A stretch of 64,000 bases of DNA from Turneriella sp. (GCA_965279515.1 CBDIID010000003.1:448001-512000); one strand, 5' to 3'. Positions 30,133 to 40,369 are shown, numbered from the stretch's first letter. Translations and numbers: made by a program. The notes: generated by a model from the letters alone, not told the origin.

Positions 30133-31833
30133 ATGTTGCCGTCCACCCGCCGCCGCGCGATCATCGCCGGGGCACTTGCGCTACTTTTTGTTGTTCCGCT
30201 GCCACTGATTAGTCAGGCCAAACCCGCCGAACCTTTGGCGATGCAGGTCGCCAAGCGCGGCGATGAAAAAGTAAAGTATACTGTAGAAACGAAGAATTTC
30301 TCTGTGACTTTCTCTGAGCAAGGGGCGCGCATTCTGGAATTCAAAAACCGCGATGCTGCCTACCCGCGCCGTGACGGTGCTGATATAGTTATACCCGGAA
30401 CGGAAATTTTTCTCGCGCCTTATCTGGGTGCGACCGGCACATCGCAATACGTTGGCGGCAATCTGGGCGCGATGATGTATGCGGCTTTCACCTTCACTAA
30501 AGAAGAAACTGCCGATACCGTAAAAATCAAGGCCAGCGCCCCCGTCGTCCTCATCGCTGACAAAACCAAATTCGATGCGACGTTTGTTAAAGAATTCATT
30601 TTCCTGAAACGCAGCCCCTATTTTAAGTTTTCACTGGAAATCCAGACAGCTGCGACGGTTAAACTGCAAAACCTGATGCTTTACGCTTTACCGATGATCG
30701 GGCCAAAACCCGAAAATCAGGGTAACTTCCGCGACTACCACCACTATACGGATCAGGGTAAGGTGGAGTTCGCCTATGCGGGCGGTGGCGGCGGTTTTGG
30801 TTGCGGTGGCTCGACCACCAGCGAAAAAATCAGCAAAGGGCCGACGGAATTTTTCGGTAGCTCATCGCGCTTCCTGATTCTCAACATGCAGCCCCTGTTT
30901 GGCACACGTTCAGCGAGCATCACACCTGAACAGCGACACGGCGACACGAAGCAGCTTCTGCAGGCACAGGCCCTGCACGTCAACATGGGCGACATCATTG
31001 TCGAAAAAGGTAAGCCTGCGCGCTTTGAGTTCATCGGCTATATGGGGCCGAAATTCGATGAAAACTCAATCCCGAATGATGATGCGCGCAAGGTAATGCC
31101 TGACCTCGGTAAATTCAATAAGAGCTATTTCAGCAAATCGTTCGATTTTGGTATCACTGAGCCCATCCGTGACATCATTGTCTCCGCACTAACCCTGCTC
31201 TATAAACTGATCCCCAACTACGGCGTGGGCATCATCCTGATTGCGCTGCTGCTCAAGCTCGCATTTTTCCCGCTGAACCAGAAGCAGGCAGAAGCGATGA
31301 AACGCATGGGTGAACTGCAGCCCAAAATCAAAGAACTCAACGAGCGCTATAAAAACAACCCACAAGAGAAACAGCGCCGCATGATGGAACTCTACAAGAT
31401 CCACAAGGTGAATCCCGTATCGGGCTGCCTGCCGATGCTGATACAGCTGCCGGTCTTCATTGCGATGTATTCGGCGTTTTCCGATGCCTATGACCTGTGG
31501 AAGTCGCCCTTTATTCCGGGTTGGATTCCCGACCTGTCGCAGCCTGACCACGTGTTCTCATTGCCACAAGCCTGGCCCTATGTCGGCGGTTTTGCCGTGC
31601 ACCTGTTACCGATCGTCATGACACTGTCGCAGTATTTCCAGACGAAACTGACTCCCACTTCGGGCGATGAAAACCAGCGCAAGATCATGCTGCTCATGCC
31701 GTTCATGATGCTGTTCCTGTTCTATGCAATGCCATCAGGCGTGGTACTCTACTGGACCGTACAGAATGCACTGTCAATCGCGCAGCAGGTCTATACCAAC
31801 AAGAAGAACCAAAAAGCCGCGGCGAAGACGTAA
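30133..31833 (+). CDS. yidC: Membrane protein insertase YidC
   Basis: NYGVGII, GCLPMLIQLPVF, PSGVVLYW. Confidence 0.95.
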   Translation: MLPSTRRRAIIAGALALLFVVPLPLISQAKPAEPLAMQVAKRGDEKVKYTVETKNFSVTFSEQGARILEFKNRDAAYPRRDGADIVIPGTEIFLAPYLGATGTSQYVGGNLGAMMYAAFTFTKEETADTVKIKASAPVVLIADKTKFDATFVKEFIFLKRSPYFKFSLEIQTAATVKLQNLMLYALPMIGPKPENQGNFRDYHHYTDQGKVEFAYAGGGGGFGCGGSTTSEKISKGPTEFFGSSSRFLILNMQPLFGTRSASITPEQRHGDTKQLLQAQALHVNMGDIIVEKGKPARFEFIGYMGPKFDENSIPNDDARKVMPDLGKFNKSYFSKSFDFGITEPIRDIIVSALTLLYKLIPNYGVGIILIALLLKLAFFPLNQKQAEAMKRMGELQPKIKELNERYKNNPQEKQRRMMELYKIHKVNPVSGCLPMLIQLPVFIAMYSAFSDAYDLWKSPFIPGWIPDLSQPDHVFSLPQAWPYVGGFAVHLLPIVMTLSQYFQTKLTPTSGDENQRKIMLLMPFMMLFLFYAMPSGVVLYWTVQNALSIAQQVYTNKKNQKAAAKT

Positions 31834-31853
31834 TACTATTTAAAGAGGAAAAT

Positions 31854-32624
31854 ATGCAAATTCTGGAAGTACAAGCACTCGGCGACAAGGAAGCTCTGGA
31901 CGAAGGTCTTCAGATTCTCGGCACCGATGCTGAAAATGTCGAACTCAGCGTCTTAAAAAAAGGCAGCTCAGGTTTTTTAGGTCTCGGTCAAAAAACCGCG
32001 GGCATCTATAAACTCAATGCCATCCGCGGTAAAACGCCACTCGCGGTGATTATCCGCGGTGTGATCACAACTTTGCTCGGGCACATGGGCTATACCGTGA
32101 CCGTCAAAGATTACCGCAACGTCGAAGAAGGCAAGCTCATGGTCGACCTCGAGAGCGAGTTCGCGGGTTATATCATTGGCAAGCATGGCCGCACGCTTGA
32201 GGCGTTGCAGTTCATGACCAACCTCATCGTCGAAAAGATCACAGGCGAGCAGCCGAAAATCCTGCTCGATATCGAGAGCTACCGCGATCGCCGCGCACAA
32301 CACCTCATGGAAATCGCGAAAAAGACGGGCGAATACGTTCTCAAAACCGGCAAGAGCCGCCTGCTCGACCCCTTGAACCCCTACGAGCGCCGCCTTGTAC
32401 ACATGGCGCTGCAAGATAACGAGCATGTCAAAACCGAGTCTGAAGGTAACGGTGTTTACAAACGCGTGCGTGTGTTCCGCGTCGCGCAGAACCTGCCAAC
32501 CGACCAGCAACCGGGCGACGCGCAGATCACGGACGAGAATATCGGCAATATTGCCTTTGAAGCCGGCCAGGACCCTGAAGGTGCCGAAGACATCGAGTTC
32601 AAGGACGAAAACTTTAATCGCTGA
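31854..32624 (+). CDS. jag: Jag/EloR RNA-binding protein (KH + R3H)
   Basis: GFLGLG, IIGKHGRTLEALQ, ERRLVH. Confidence 0.93.
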   Translation: MQILEVQALGDKEALDEGLQILGTDAENVELSVLKKGSSGFLGLGQKTAGIYKLNAIRGKTPLAVIIRGVITTLLGHMGYTVTVKDYRNVEEGKLMVDLESEFAGYIIGKHGRTLEALQFMTNLIVEKITGEQPKILLDIESYRDRRAQHLMEIAKKTGEYVLKTGKSRLLDPLNPYERRLVHMALQDNEHVKTESEGNGVYKRVRVFRVAQNLPTDQQPGDAQITDENIGNIAFEAGQDPEGAEDIEFKDENFNR

Positions 32625-32649
32625 GTCGCCTTCGGCGACCGCAAAATAA

Positions 32650-34020
32650 ATGGGTTCGCCCAGCGAGCCCATCTGCGCGCCGGCAACCTCTGCCGGCCGC
32701 TCCGCCATTGCCATCATCCGTGCGAGTGGCGCGCCCCTCAAGGGCGAGAGCATTTTTCAAAAGCTCGGCGGTTCATTTAAAAGCAAAGACAATAAAATTG
32801 CGGCGGATTTACCCGCGCGCAGAACCCACTACGGCCTCATGGGGTCTGGCTCCGAAACCATCGACGACGTTGTTTTTATTAAATTTGAAGGCTCTGCATC
32901 GTTCACGGGCGAAGACAGTTTTGAGATCCATTGCCATGGTAATCCCCTCGTCATCCGCCAGATTCTGAACCTGCTCTATGGCCTCGGTTTCCGCGCGGCT
33001 GAAGGCGGCGAATTCACGCGCCGGGCCTACCTCAACGGCAAGCTCGACATCGACGCCGCGCAGGCGATCGCCGAAATCATCGAAGCGCGTAACGGCGAAA
33101 GTCTAAAGGCCGCGCGGCGCCTTAAATCGGGTACGTTTCGTTCAGGCATGCTGGCGCTGCGCTCGCAGCTGATGAATCTTCTCGCCGATCTCAACGCCGA
33201 GCTGGATTTTATCGACGAAGATATTTCTTTCGCAACACTCGAAACCAAACTCAAAATACTCGCCGAAGCCATTGCCACCGTCGGGAAACTCCGGCAAGAT
33301 GCAGAGCGTTTTGACTCGTTTAAGGAAGGCGTCAATATCGCCATCGTCGGCAAGCCCAATGCCGGCAAATCGTCGCTGATGAACCGGCTTTTGGGTGAAG
33401 AGCGCTCGATCGTGAGCGATATCGCCGGCACAACCCGCGACTATATCGAAGGCGAGCTGACAATTGCCGGCTTCAACGTACGCCTGTTTGACACGGCGGG
33501 CCTCAACGAAGCCAGCAGTGATCCCATTGAAAAACTGGGTATCGAACGCACACGCAGCCTCATGCTGCGCGCGCATATCTGCCTGCAGCTGATCGACGGC
33601 TCGACCCCTGCCTCTGATGAAAAAATCCCCGAAATCTCGCCGGAAGCCTCGTCTCTTCAGGTGATCAATAAATCTGATACCCTCGATGCGAGCCGCGGCA
33701 AGAATCCCGGAGATGGCACACTCTATATTTCAGCCAAAACAGGCGATGGCATCGCTGAACTTTTGTCCCGCATGGAAAAGCTCATCGCCAGCCGCGCGCC
33801 CTCCGCCGCCCTGCCTTTAAATCTCTGGCAGCGCCAGTTGCTCGCGCAAATTTCCGAGAATCTGACCGTGACGGCTGAAGGGCTAAAGGAGCGTGAGCTG
33901 CCTGAAGTGATTACGCATACAGTTCAGCTGGCCGTAGATAAAATCGCGGCGCTGACGGGTGAAATCACAAGCGAAGATATTTTAGGTCGGATTTTCAGCA
34001 GATTTTGTATTGGGAAATAG
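32650..34020 (+). CDS. mnmE: tRNA modification GTPase MnmE
   Basis: GKPNAGKSS, GTTRD, DTAG, C-terminal FCIGK. Confidence 0.96.
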   Translation: MGSPSEPICAPATSAGRSAIAIIRASGAPLKGESIFQKLGGSFKSKDNKIAADLPARRTHYGLMGSGSETIDDVVFIKFEGSASFTGEDSFEIHCHGNPLVIRQILNLLYGLGFRAAEGGEFTRRAYLNGKLDIDAAQAIAEIIEARNGESLKAARRLKSGTFRSGMLALRSQLMNLLADLNAELDFIDEDISFATLETKLKILAEAIATVGKLRQDAERFDSFKEGVNIAIVGKPNAGKSSLMNRLLGEERSIVSDIAGTTRDYIEGELTIAGFNVRLFDTAGLNEASSDPIEKLGIERTRSLMLRAHICLQLIDGSTPASDEKIPEISPEASSLQVINKSDTLDASRGKNPGDGTLYISAKTGDGIAELLSRMEKLIASRAPSAALPLNLWQRQLLAQISENLTVTAEGLKERELPEVITHTVQLAVDKIAALTGEITSEDILGRIFSRFCIGK

Positions 34021-34053
34021 CCCCACCCTAGCCCTCCCCTTATAGGGGAGGGA
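34021..34053. repeat. REP-like palindrome, family B, abutting the prophage end
   Basis: CCCCACCCTAG-CCCTCCCCT-tat-AGGGGAGGG-A. Confidence 0.7.
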
Positions 34054-34122
34054 TGTTTGCACGCGAGATAATTGCGGGAAAAAAGCGAAATAATGCGACA
34101 AATGACGATCTCCTTAAAGGCA

Positions 34123-34920
34123 TCAAAAATTACTGATCAGAAGCTCTTTTGCGTCCGTTGATCCCTTGCCAGAAACCGTATACTTCGTCGAAACTTCAAC
34201 CATTTTGAAGCCTGCAAAAGCCTTCCGAATCGGTTGAACATCGTTGATTGAGAGCAGGAATTTGCCCTTGATCGTCGCCAAAAGTGTCGCCATTTTGCCG
34301 AAGTCGGCTCGCGAAAACATGCCTTTGCCGTAGTCATTCTCGCCAAAATAATAAGGCGGATCGATGTAGAAAAGCGTTGTTGTGCGATCGTAACGACGGA
34401 TGAAATCATCGTAGCAAAGGCACTCGATAACCACACCAGAAAGCCGCGTGTGCAGCTCTTCAAGAATCGGGCCGAGCTTCGTGATATCAAACCGCCCTGA
34501 TGCGCCTGGCGTCACGCCGAAACTGCGGCCGGCAACTTTGCCGCCGAACGATGTCCGCTGCAGGTAAATGAACTTGGCAGCCTTCTCCAGATCGGTCAGC
34601 GTATCAGACCGCGTCTTGCACAGCCGCTCGAATTCAGGTCGTGAAGTGATCTGGAATTTCAGCATGTCCAGAAAGGCAACATAGTGTCGCTGCAGCACGC
34701 GGAATAGATTCGCGACCTCGAGGTTGAAGTCGTTGATGACCTCGGACTTCGGTGAAGACTGCCGGCGCAGAAAGATGCCACCCATACCGACGAATGGCTC
34801 AGCATAGGTCGTATGCTTCAACGCGTCGATGATTGGAATGATCACCTTTGCCAGCTGGCGTTTACCGCCCAGGTATGGTGCGGCGGGTTTTGTGGGTTTG
34901 ATCGGTCTTTTGATAGGCAT
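34123..34920 (-). CDS. Phage DNA adenine methyltransferase (Dam/D12 class)
   Basis: PYLGGK, EPFVGMGG, EVIND, YIDPPY. Confidence 0.92.
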   Translation of the reverse strand: MPIKRPIKPTKPAAPYLGGKRQLAKVIIPIIDALKHTTYAEPFVGMGGIFLRRQSSPKSEVINDFNLEVANLFRVLQRHYVAFLDMLKFQITSRPEFERLCKTRSDTLTDLEKAAKFIYLQRTSFGGKVAGRSFGVTPGASGRFDITKLGPILEELHTRLSGVVIECLCYDDFIRRYDRTTTLFYIDPPYYFGENDYGKGMFSRADFGKMATLLATIKGKFLLSINDVQPIRKAFAGFKMVEVSTKYTVSGKGSTDAKELLISNF

Positions 34921-34931
34921 ATTTTATCAAG

Positions 34932-35123
34932 CTACTCCGGCAGAGGTTCCGGCTCGGGCAATGGCCAAACCGGCGTTCGAATTACGATACGCTGATCTTC
35001 TTCAGCGTGCTCACGATTCCAGAGTTCAACAGAGAGCTGGGCACGCTGCAAAAGGCTCTTGCTTTCTTCATCCGAACACTCGATAATGTTCTCGTAGGTA
35101 TCGCTTTTGATTACTATTTTCAT
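34932..35123 (-). CDS. Small phage protein after tail fibre (possible chaperone)
   Basis: AGGAG RBS; position between fibre and methylase. Confidence 0.6.
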   Translation of the reverse strand: MKIVIKSDTYENIIECSDEESKSLLQRAQLSVELWNREHAEEDQRIVIRTPVWPLPEPEPLPE

Positions 35124-35132
35124 GGTTTTCTC

Positions 35133-36512
35133 CTATGGTACGAAACGCTTAACGTATGCCGCAAAGCAAACGCCGAGAGCTCTCGGATCTGTAGTTTTTC
35201 CCGTTCTTGGTGTTCCGTTAACGCCATCTGATATCGCATCCTTTGCCCATATTGCATTCGGATATGACGATCCCGATGACCCTGTGTCTGATATACCTGA
35301 CAAACCTCCGGTTGTACCAACGCGAGAAAGTGTGCTGCCACCATTATCATGCCAATGTCCTTCTAATCTATCCCGTCTCGGCAGACCCTCAATGACCTCG
35401 CCATCAGCATCATTGATGGCCACGAGAGCCTGCCCTTTGATCTGGTAGTGGCGCGCTTTGGCCGCCTCACCCTGAATGCGATGCGGATAGATCTCGATCG
35501 TGCGCGTGACTGATGAAGATCCCGCATTCGAACCGACGTTCGGAATGTCGACAGCACGCGTGAGCGGATCGAGGCCGATGACCGGATAATCGCCGGCAGC
35601 GATCGTGCCTATGGCCACCGGAATGTTAATGCAGAACCATCCTGAGTAAGATCCGAAAAACAGGTTCGCTTCGGCCAAGGCAGCGATCATCTTCAGCTCT
35701 GGCGTCAGGTTATCCAGGATGAGCGTCGCAACGTTTGAATTACGGCTCCAGCTGACGACATCGAACGCGTCCTTTTGGTCCGGCGTGCCAGGCTTATATC
35801 TGGCCTTTTTGGCGCGAAGGTGCGGCACATAGTCAGGATAATTTACCGCTTCGAGAACTGCGTCTGGATTCGTGAGCGGAAACCATGGGTTGACCGCCGA
35901 AACTGCCTGAAAATAATCGAGCGGCTTGATTTCTCCAACAACCATGAACTGTTCGATGGCCGTGAGGCGCACGGTTAAGTCCGCGAAGCTACCTGCAGGT
36001 GCGCTGCCCAGCTCGTCGATGCGGTTGATCTGCGCCTGCAGTGCCGCGTAGGTACGTAGATCTGTGCTGAGCGTACGCGCGCCGCTGGCCATCGTGACGA
36101 TGCGCAGAGGAATATCGCCCGTGATTGGGGCCGAGGTGCGCGCGATGAGCTCGAAAGAGTTTTCGCGGCGCGTTGAGACTTGGCCGTTTGACAGCGGCTG
36201 GTTCTCTTCGATCTCTGTGAACTTGTGGCGGGCGACGACGTAGTTCGTGCCTTCGGCGAGCGTGAGTTGCGCTGTCTGCGTCGGGAAATAGACCAGCTGG
36301 CCGTCGCTGTTGAAGGCGAGCAATTCTGCCACGTCGACCTTGAGTGCCGTGCCTGAAACCGTGACAGCGCCACCACGCACAACGCCGGTACCGAACACCT
36401 CTTTCCAACGATTGATGATCTCGTCGCTGATCGCACTCTGCTCTCCGCGGAAATCTTCCGCGAAGATCTTTAACCCATGATCTGGGTAAATGAATCCTGA
36501 TATTTTTGACAT
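35133..36512 (-). CDS. Tail fibre protein
   Basis: Follows baseplate genes; C-terminal DRLEGHWH...GTPRTG..T.P tip motif. Confidence 0.75.
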   Translation of the reverse strand: MSKISGFIYPDHGLKIFAEDFRGEQSAISDEIINRWKEVFGTGVVRGGAVTVSGTALKVDVAELLAFNSDGQLVYFPTQTAQLTLAEGTNYVVARHKFTEIEENQPLSNGQVSTRRENSFELIARTSAPITGDIPLRIVTMASGARTLSTDLRTYAALQAQINRIDELGSAPAGSFADLTVRLTAIEQFMVVGEIKPLDYFQAVSAVNPWFPLTNPDAVLEAVNYPDYVPHLRAKKARYKPGTPDQKDAFDVVSWSRNSNVATLILDNLTPELKMIAALAEANLFFGSYSGWFCINIPVAIGTIAAGDYPVIGLDPLTRAVDIPNVGSNAGSSSVTRTIEIYPHRIQGEAAKARHYQIKGQALVAINDADGEVIEGLPRRDRLEGHWHDNGGSTLSRVGTTGGLSGISDTGSSGSSYPNAIWAKDAISDGVNGTPRTGKTTDPRALGVCFAAYVKRFVP

Positions 36513-37228
36513 TAGTTGTACCTCTCTGTTTTGTACACCTCCGGGATTAAGCGCGGCAATATATATGTGTTGATGCCTATCTCTGAAATTCCTACTTGAA
36601 AAGCCGTAATTTTTTCGCGTTTCTCGAATATGATCGGCTCGTTGCCGCCATAGTTGGCACGCTCGATCGCGCGCACAAATTCGGAACGCTGCACGCCTGA
36701 CTGAGCACTGAGGTCAGGCAGAACTATCCAGTAAACAAAAGCGAGGTAGAGTGCGTCGTGCGGCAATGCGGCCGCGACATTCAGAGCCCAAAATATGGGG
36801 GGATTGTTTTCGTCGGGCGCGATCACCGTTTCGCCAACGGTAAAGGCATTGCCGTCGTTCGTGAGGGCTTCAATGATTTCGGGAATAACGCCGAGGTAAA
36901 CGTACGCGAGCGCCTTGAGCGTGCCTTTGACGGCGCCGGAGCGGCGGCTTTGGCGCACGGAAATAAGCCGCGCGCGGTAGTCGGGATCTGTCTCGCCGGG
37001 ATTGCGCCTGACGCGATAGCTCTCGCCATGTTTGTCCAGAGAATCGCCGACTGCAGTTCTCAGAAACGGCGCGTCGTAGAGTTCGTTCGCCATGCCGATC
37101 AGAACATTCGGCAACGGTATGCCGAGCGTCTTCAGGACGCGTGCCCAGACCGACGTTTCTTTCAGCGCGAGAATGCGCTTCGGCAAGTGCTGCCAGATCC
37201 ATTTCGTGAATGAATAGCTGAAGCGCAT
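36512..37228 (-). CDS. Baseplate wedge/tail protein (gpI-like)
   Basis: A.G.SLD.HG...RR.PGETD.DYRARL motif; synteny. Confidence 0.7.
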   Translation of the reverse strand: MRFSYSFTKWIWQHLPKRILALKETSVWARVLKTLGIPLPNVLIGMANELYDAPFLRTAVGDSLDKHGESYRVRRNPGETDPDYRARLISVRQSRRSGAVKGTLKALAYVYLGVIPEIIEALTNDGNAFTVGETVIAPDENNPPIFWALNVAAALPHDALYLAFVYWIVLPDLSAQSGVQRSEFVRAIERANYGGNEPIIFEKREKITAFQVGISEIGINTYILPRLIPEVYKTERYN

Positions 37229-38346
37229 CAGGTGTCAGCGAACTCCTCTTTTGTCCAGGTGACGGTACCGAGAACCGCGACCTGATCAGACGGTACCGTC
37301 ACGTTCGCCGAAGGCGCCGTGATCTTCGCGTCTTTCATGCCGCCGGCGATGAGACCGGCTTCAATGACGGACAGGATGATATCACCGCCAGCCGGCAGGC
37401 GCGTGAAGTAGCCGTTCACGATCGCTTCAAGGAACTCATCGGTCGGTTCGCCGACTTCAGGGTCGAACCAGACGTCGATCGTCATGTTCTGAACATACGG
37501 TGACGGCAGTGCGGCTATGACATGAAACGCGCCTGCAGGATCGAGAGCGTCGTTGTTGAAATGATCTTCGACCGCATCGAGAACTTCTTCGGATGCCGGG
37601 CCGCCGATACCAACGACGAGAATGCCGACGGTACCGCGGCCGTCGTAACGCGGAATGATGATCGCCTGCTGTACGCCGGCGATCGTTTCGGCTTCTGACT
37701 TGAACCAGGCCATCGTGCCGATCGCGACGCCTTCGCGTTTGTCTTTGAGGCGTGAGCGCGCGGCTTCGAGAGATTCTTCGTCGGCGCCGCCGGTTGCTGC
37801 AGAAAGGTTATAGCAGACATCGATGCCATCGATATCGGTTTCAACGACCGTGATCGTCATCGCCGGCACGTTGTGCCCTGGTCCGGTTTGGATGGCGCGC
37901 GCGAGCAACGGTACCGTGTAGGTTTCGTTGTCGTCGATCGTGGTGTCGGGAGTTATCGCACCGGCTTCGAGCAGATCGAAGATGAAGCCGTCTTCGCCTG
38001 GCGTCTTCACAAGCGCGCCTTGCGGAATTGGCTTTGCTTCATCGGGTAGCTCTGACGCGCCCACGCGAACCGTGACAGTGGCAAACGATGGCTCTTTGAA
38101 GGTGAGACCTTCTTCAGCCAGGTGGCGCGCTAGGGCGTAACGATCGGAAGAGTCTGGCCAGATCGAGTCGAAAACATTCTTCACGATCTCGTTGATAAAA
38201 TGCGTAACCGCAAAAGACAAGCCGTTGACGATGCGCATCCACACCGAATTTGAATTCAGGTTCGAGAGACGTTTCAGTTTGTCGTCTGCAGTGGCGGCGG
38301 TGATGATCGTCGCGCGGACTTCGTCGTGTGTTACGGTGGTTTTCAT
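37228..38346 (-). CDS. Baseplate J/gp47 family protein
   Basis: GGADEES...R, GRGTV; size and position. Confidence 0.88.
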   Translation of the reverse strand: MKTTVTHDEVRATIITAATADDKLKRLSNLNSNSVWMRIVNGLSFAVTHFINEIVKNVFDSIWPDSSDRYALARHLAEEGLTFKEPSFATVTVRVGASELPDEAKPIPQGALVKTPGEDGFIFDLLEAGAITPDTTIDDNETYTVPLLARAIQTGPGHNVPAMTITVVETDIDGIDVCYNLSAATGGADEESLEAARSRLKDKREGVAIGTMAWFKSEAETIAGVQQAIIIPRYDGRGTVGILVVGIGGPASEEVLDAVEDHFNNDALDPAGAFHVIAALPSPYVQNMTIDVWFDPEVGEPTDEFLEAIVNGYFTRLPAGGDIILSVIEAGLIAGGMKDAKITAPSANVTVPSDQVAVLGTVTWTKEEFADT

Positions 38347-38723
38347 AGTATAAAATTCTCCACAACCTGCTCATCGATCGTCTTAAAGGTAGCTTGAAAA
38401 TGCGGAGTGCCGGCGACGTCGGTGGCGATGATATCGATCGGCATCGGCTTTACCCGCGGATCTGACGCGAGCTGGTCTTCGTACTTGCGGGCGGTCTCGA
38501 TGAGACCCAGATCGTCGGTCGGTACCTGGCGCGGTATGAGCGCGCCTTCCCACGGGTTGAAGACGTCGTCGCATGGGTGCTGCGAAAGGCCCGAGCGGAG
38601 ATCTTGCTTCAGGCAGGTCATGCCCTGGGCAAGTTTGAAGTCGCCGATGGCCGGATCGATGACGACCTCGTGCGAGTCATCGACCGCGATATCGCTCCCA
38701 AGTAATTCTGCGCCTGCTGCCAT
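38343..38723 (-). CDS. Baseplate W/gp25/gp46-like protein
   Basis: GDFKL..G..CLKQ, DPRV motif; upstream of J. Confidence 0.65.
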   Translation of the reverse strand: MAAGAELLGSDIAVDDSHEVVIDPAIGDFKLAQGMTCLKQDLRSGLSQHPCDDVFNPWEGALIPRQVPTDDLGLIETARKYEDQLASDPRVKPMPIDIIATDVAGTPHFQATFKTIDEQVVENFIL

Positions 38724-39308
38724 CTATTCAACCTTGTTCTTGCTTGAAAGCAGCGTTGCTGGAATCGTTGGCACGACAGCGTCTGAGAGCGGCGGCGTAA
38801 CAGTGAGACCCCATGCAACTGTCGTCTGCAGTAAAGTGATGATCTGCTGCAGCAATGTTAGGAGCTCATCGCCGCGCACCATCTTCTGCGCGCCAGTGCC
38901 GAGCTGGGTGCCGGCCCCCGTGATCTTCACGCGGCCGTCGGCGCCGACTTTGATATCGAAGCCGGAGTCGCTCATGTCGATCGATAGCGAACCAGCCGGC
39001 GAGCTTTTGAGGATAATCTTTTTGATCTTCGAGCAGGCGACGATGTACGCCTGATTTTTGAAGTCGAGAGAATAGAGGCAGAGAACGTGGCTGTCGTCTG
39101 CCGGTACCACGACCAGGTTCGAGTCGCCCACGACGTTCAGGAAAACGCGATCGAGCTTTGCGCCGCCGGTGGATGGCAGCACTTCGCAGGTGTGCTTTGC
39201 TTCGTCGACGGTACCGCGCTTTACGCGGCCGATGAACGGCGCCGGAGAGCCGAACATTTTGATGATCTGCTTCAGGCTCTCCGTTGGGCCTTTGTCTTCT
39301 CTGATCAT
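38724..39308 (-). CDS. Baseplate spike (gpV/gp45-like)
   Basis: OB-like N-terminus, beta-rich C-terminus, synteny. Confidence 0.6.
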   Translation of the reverse strand: MIREDKGPTESLKQIIKMFGSPAPFIGRVKRGTVDEAKHTCEVLPSTGGAKLDRVFLNVVGDSNLVVVPADDSHVLCLYSLDFKNQAYIVACSKIKKIILKSSPAGSLSIDMSDSGFDIKVGADGRVKITGAGTQLGTGAQKMVRGDELLTLLQQIITLLQTTVAWGLTVTPPLSDAVVPTIPATLLSSKNKVE

Positions 39309-40369
39309 CAGCTCGCCGCCCTCGTCGGCTTGAAGCGAGCCGTGACCTGGTTGATAATCTGGTTGATGTCGACGATGGCCTGCGGTACCGGAACTGGAAT
39401 GATGTCACGGCGGAAACCGCTGGTGTCGAAAGTTACTTCAGTCTGCCGTATTGTTTGCACGGTCGGCTTTTCATCCTTCATCTTGATAGAACAATACTGT
39501 CCGGCCCTCACGTAGGGATGGCCGAAGGTTTTAAAATTTCCGTTGTATCCGCCGGAGTTTAGTTGAATAAATAACTCTTTTGCGCGTGAATAGCAGGCAT
39601 TGCCATCACCTAAGCCATCGACGTAATAGACTCGTTCTTCGCCGGGCGCATTCTTGTATGCCAAACCTTTCAAAAGGTAATGAGACGCCTGGACATAGCT
39701 GCCGACTTTGTGCTCGGAACAGACCGTAACCTTCTTCACGACATTACCAGCACCGAACTGTAGGTTGCTCTCGATGATGTTCACGCCTTCCGCATATTCT
39801 GGGTATGCGTCACCAGCTATAACAGCTTCACTATGATGGATGAAGTAGAGTTTTTTTCTCGAGAAATAGGCGAGAAAGCCATGATCGTTTGCGAGCTTCT
39901 GAACCGCTGCTCGGATCGTCATGTTAAAGGGCTTACCTAGCGATGTAAAATGACAGGCAGTAAAATCTATCCGCCGCAGCTTTGCGACCCGACTGATGAT
40001 TGCATCTTCTGCGACCGTGCCACGCAGAATGTGGCGTAAAATCTCATAGATGGTCTTTTGTGAATATCGGATCTGGCCGGTGACATATTTTTGTCGCAGG
40101 TCGTAGAAGAGATCAGCGCAGTGGATCTCATTCGGCGACTGCGGAGAGACCTCGGTAACCTTGCCGTAGAATTCGGCGTTCAGACCGTACTCTTCATAGC
40201 CGAGTTCGATGATCACCTCATCGTTTTTCTTGATATCTTTTCTGTAAATCTGCGGCATGATGAGCGTCGCAGTGTCCATGTGGTCGTCGATCGACGTCTT
40301 GATTTTTACGGAACCGACCTCGCGGTACGGATTGCCGGCGATAGTAATCTTAGCGATCAAACTGTACAC
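39308..40369 (-). CDS. Baseplate hub (gpD/gp44-like)
   Basis: IELGY...F.G.V, G.F.TFG.P; GTG 40369 has a GGAGG RBS. Confidence 0.7.
   Translation of the reverse strand: MYSLIAKITIAGNPYREVGSVKIKTSIDDHMDTATLIMPQIYRKDIKKNDEVIIELGYEEYGLNAEFYGKVTEVSPQSPNEIHCADLFYDLRQKYVTGQIRYSQKTIYEILRHILRGTVAEDAIISRVAKLRRIDFTACHFTSLGKPFNMTIRAAVQKLANDHGFLAYFSRKKLYFIHHSEAVIAGDAYPEYAEGVNIIESNLQFGAGNVVKKVTVCSEHKVGSYVQASHYLLKGLAYKNAPGEERVYYVDGLGDGNACYSRAKELFIQLNSGGYNGNFKTFGHPYVRAGQYCSIKMKDEKPTVQTIRQTEVTFDTSGFRRDIIPVPVPQAIVDINQIINQVTARFKPTRAAS

Noticed and set aside
34021..34122. tRNA or att core at the prophage boundary
   Set aside because: No cloverleaf or T-loop motif and no adjacent integrase.
35133..35420. Diversity-generating retroelement or invertible fibre cassette
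   Set aside because: No reverse transcriptase, template repeat, invertase or second tip seen in the window.
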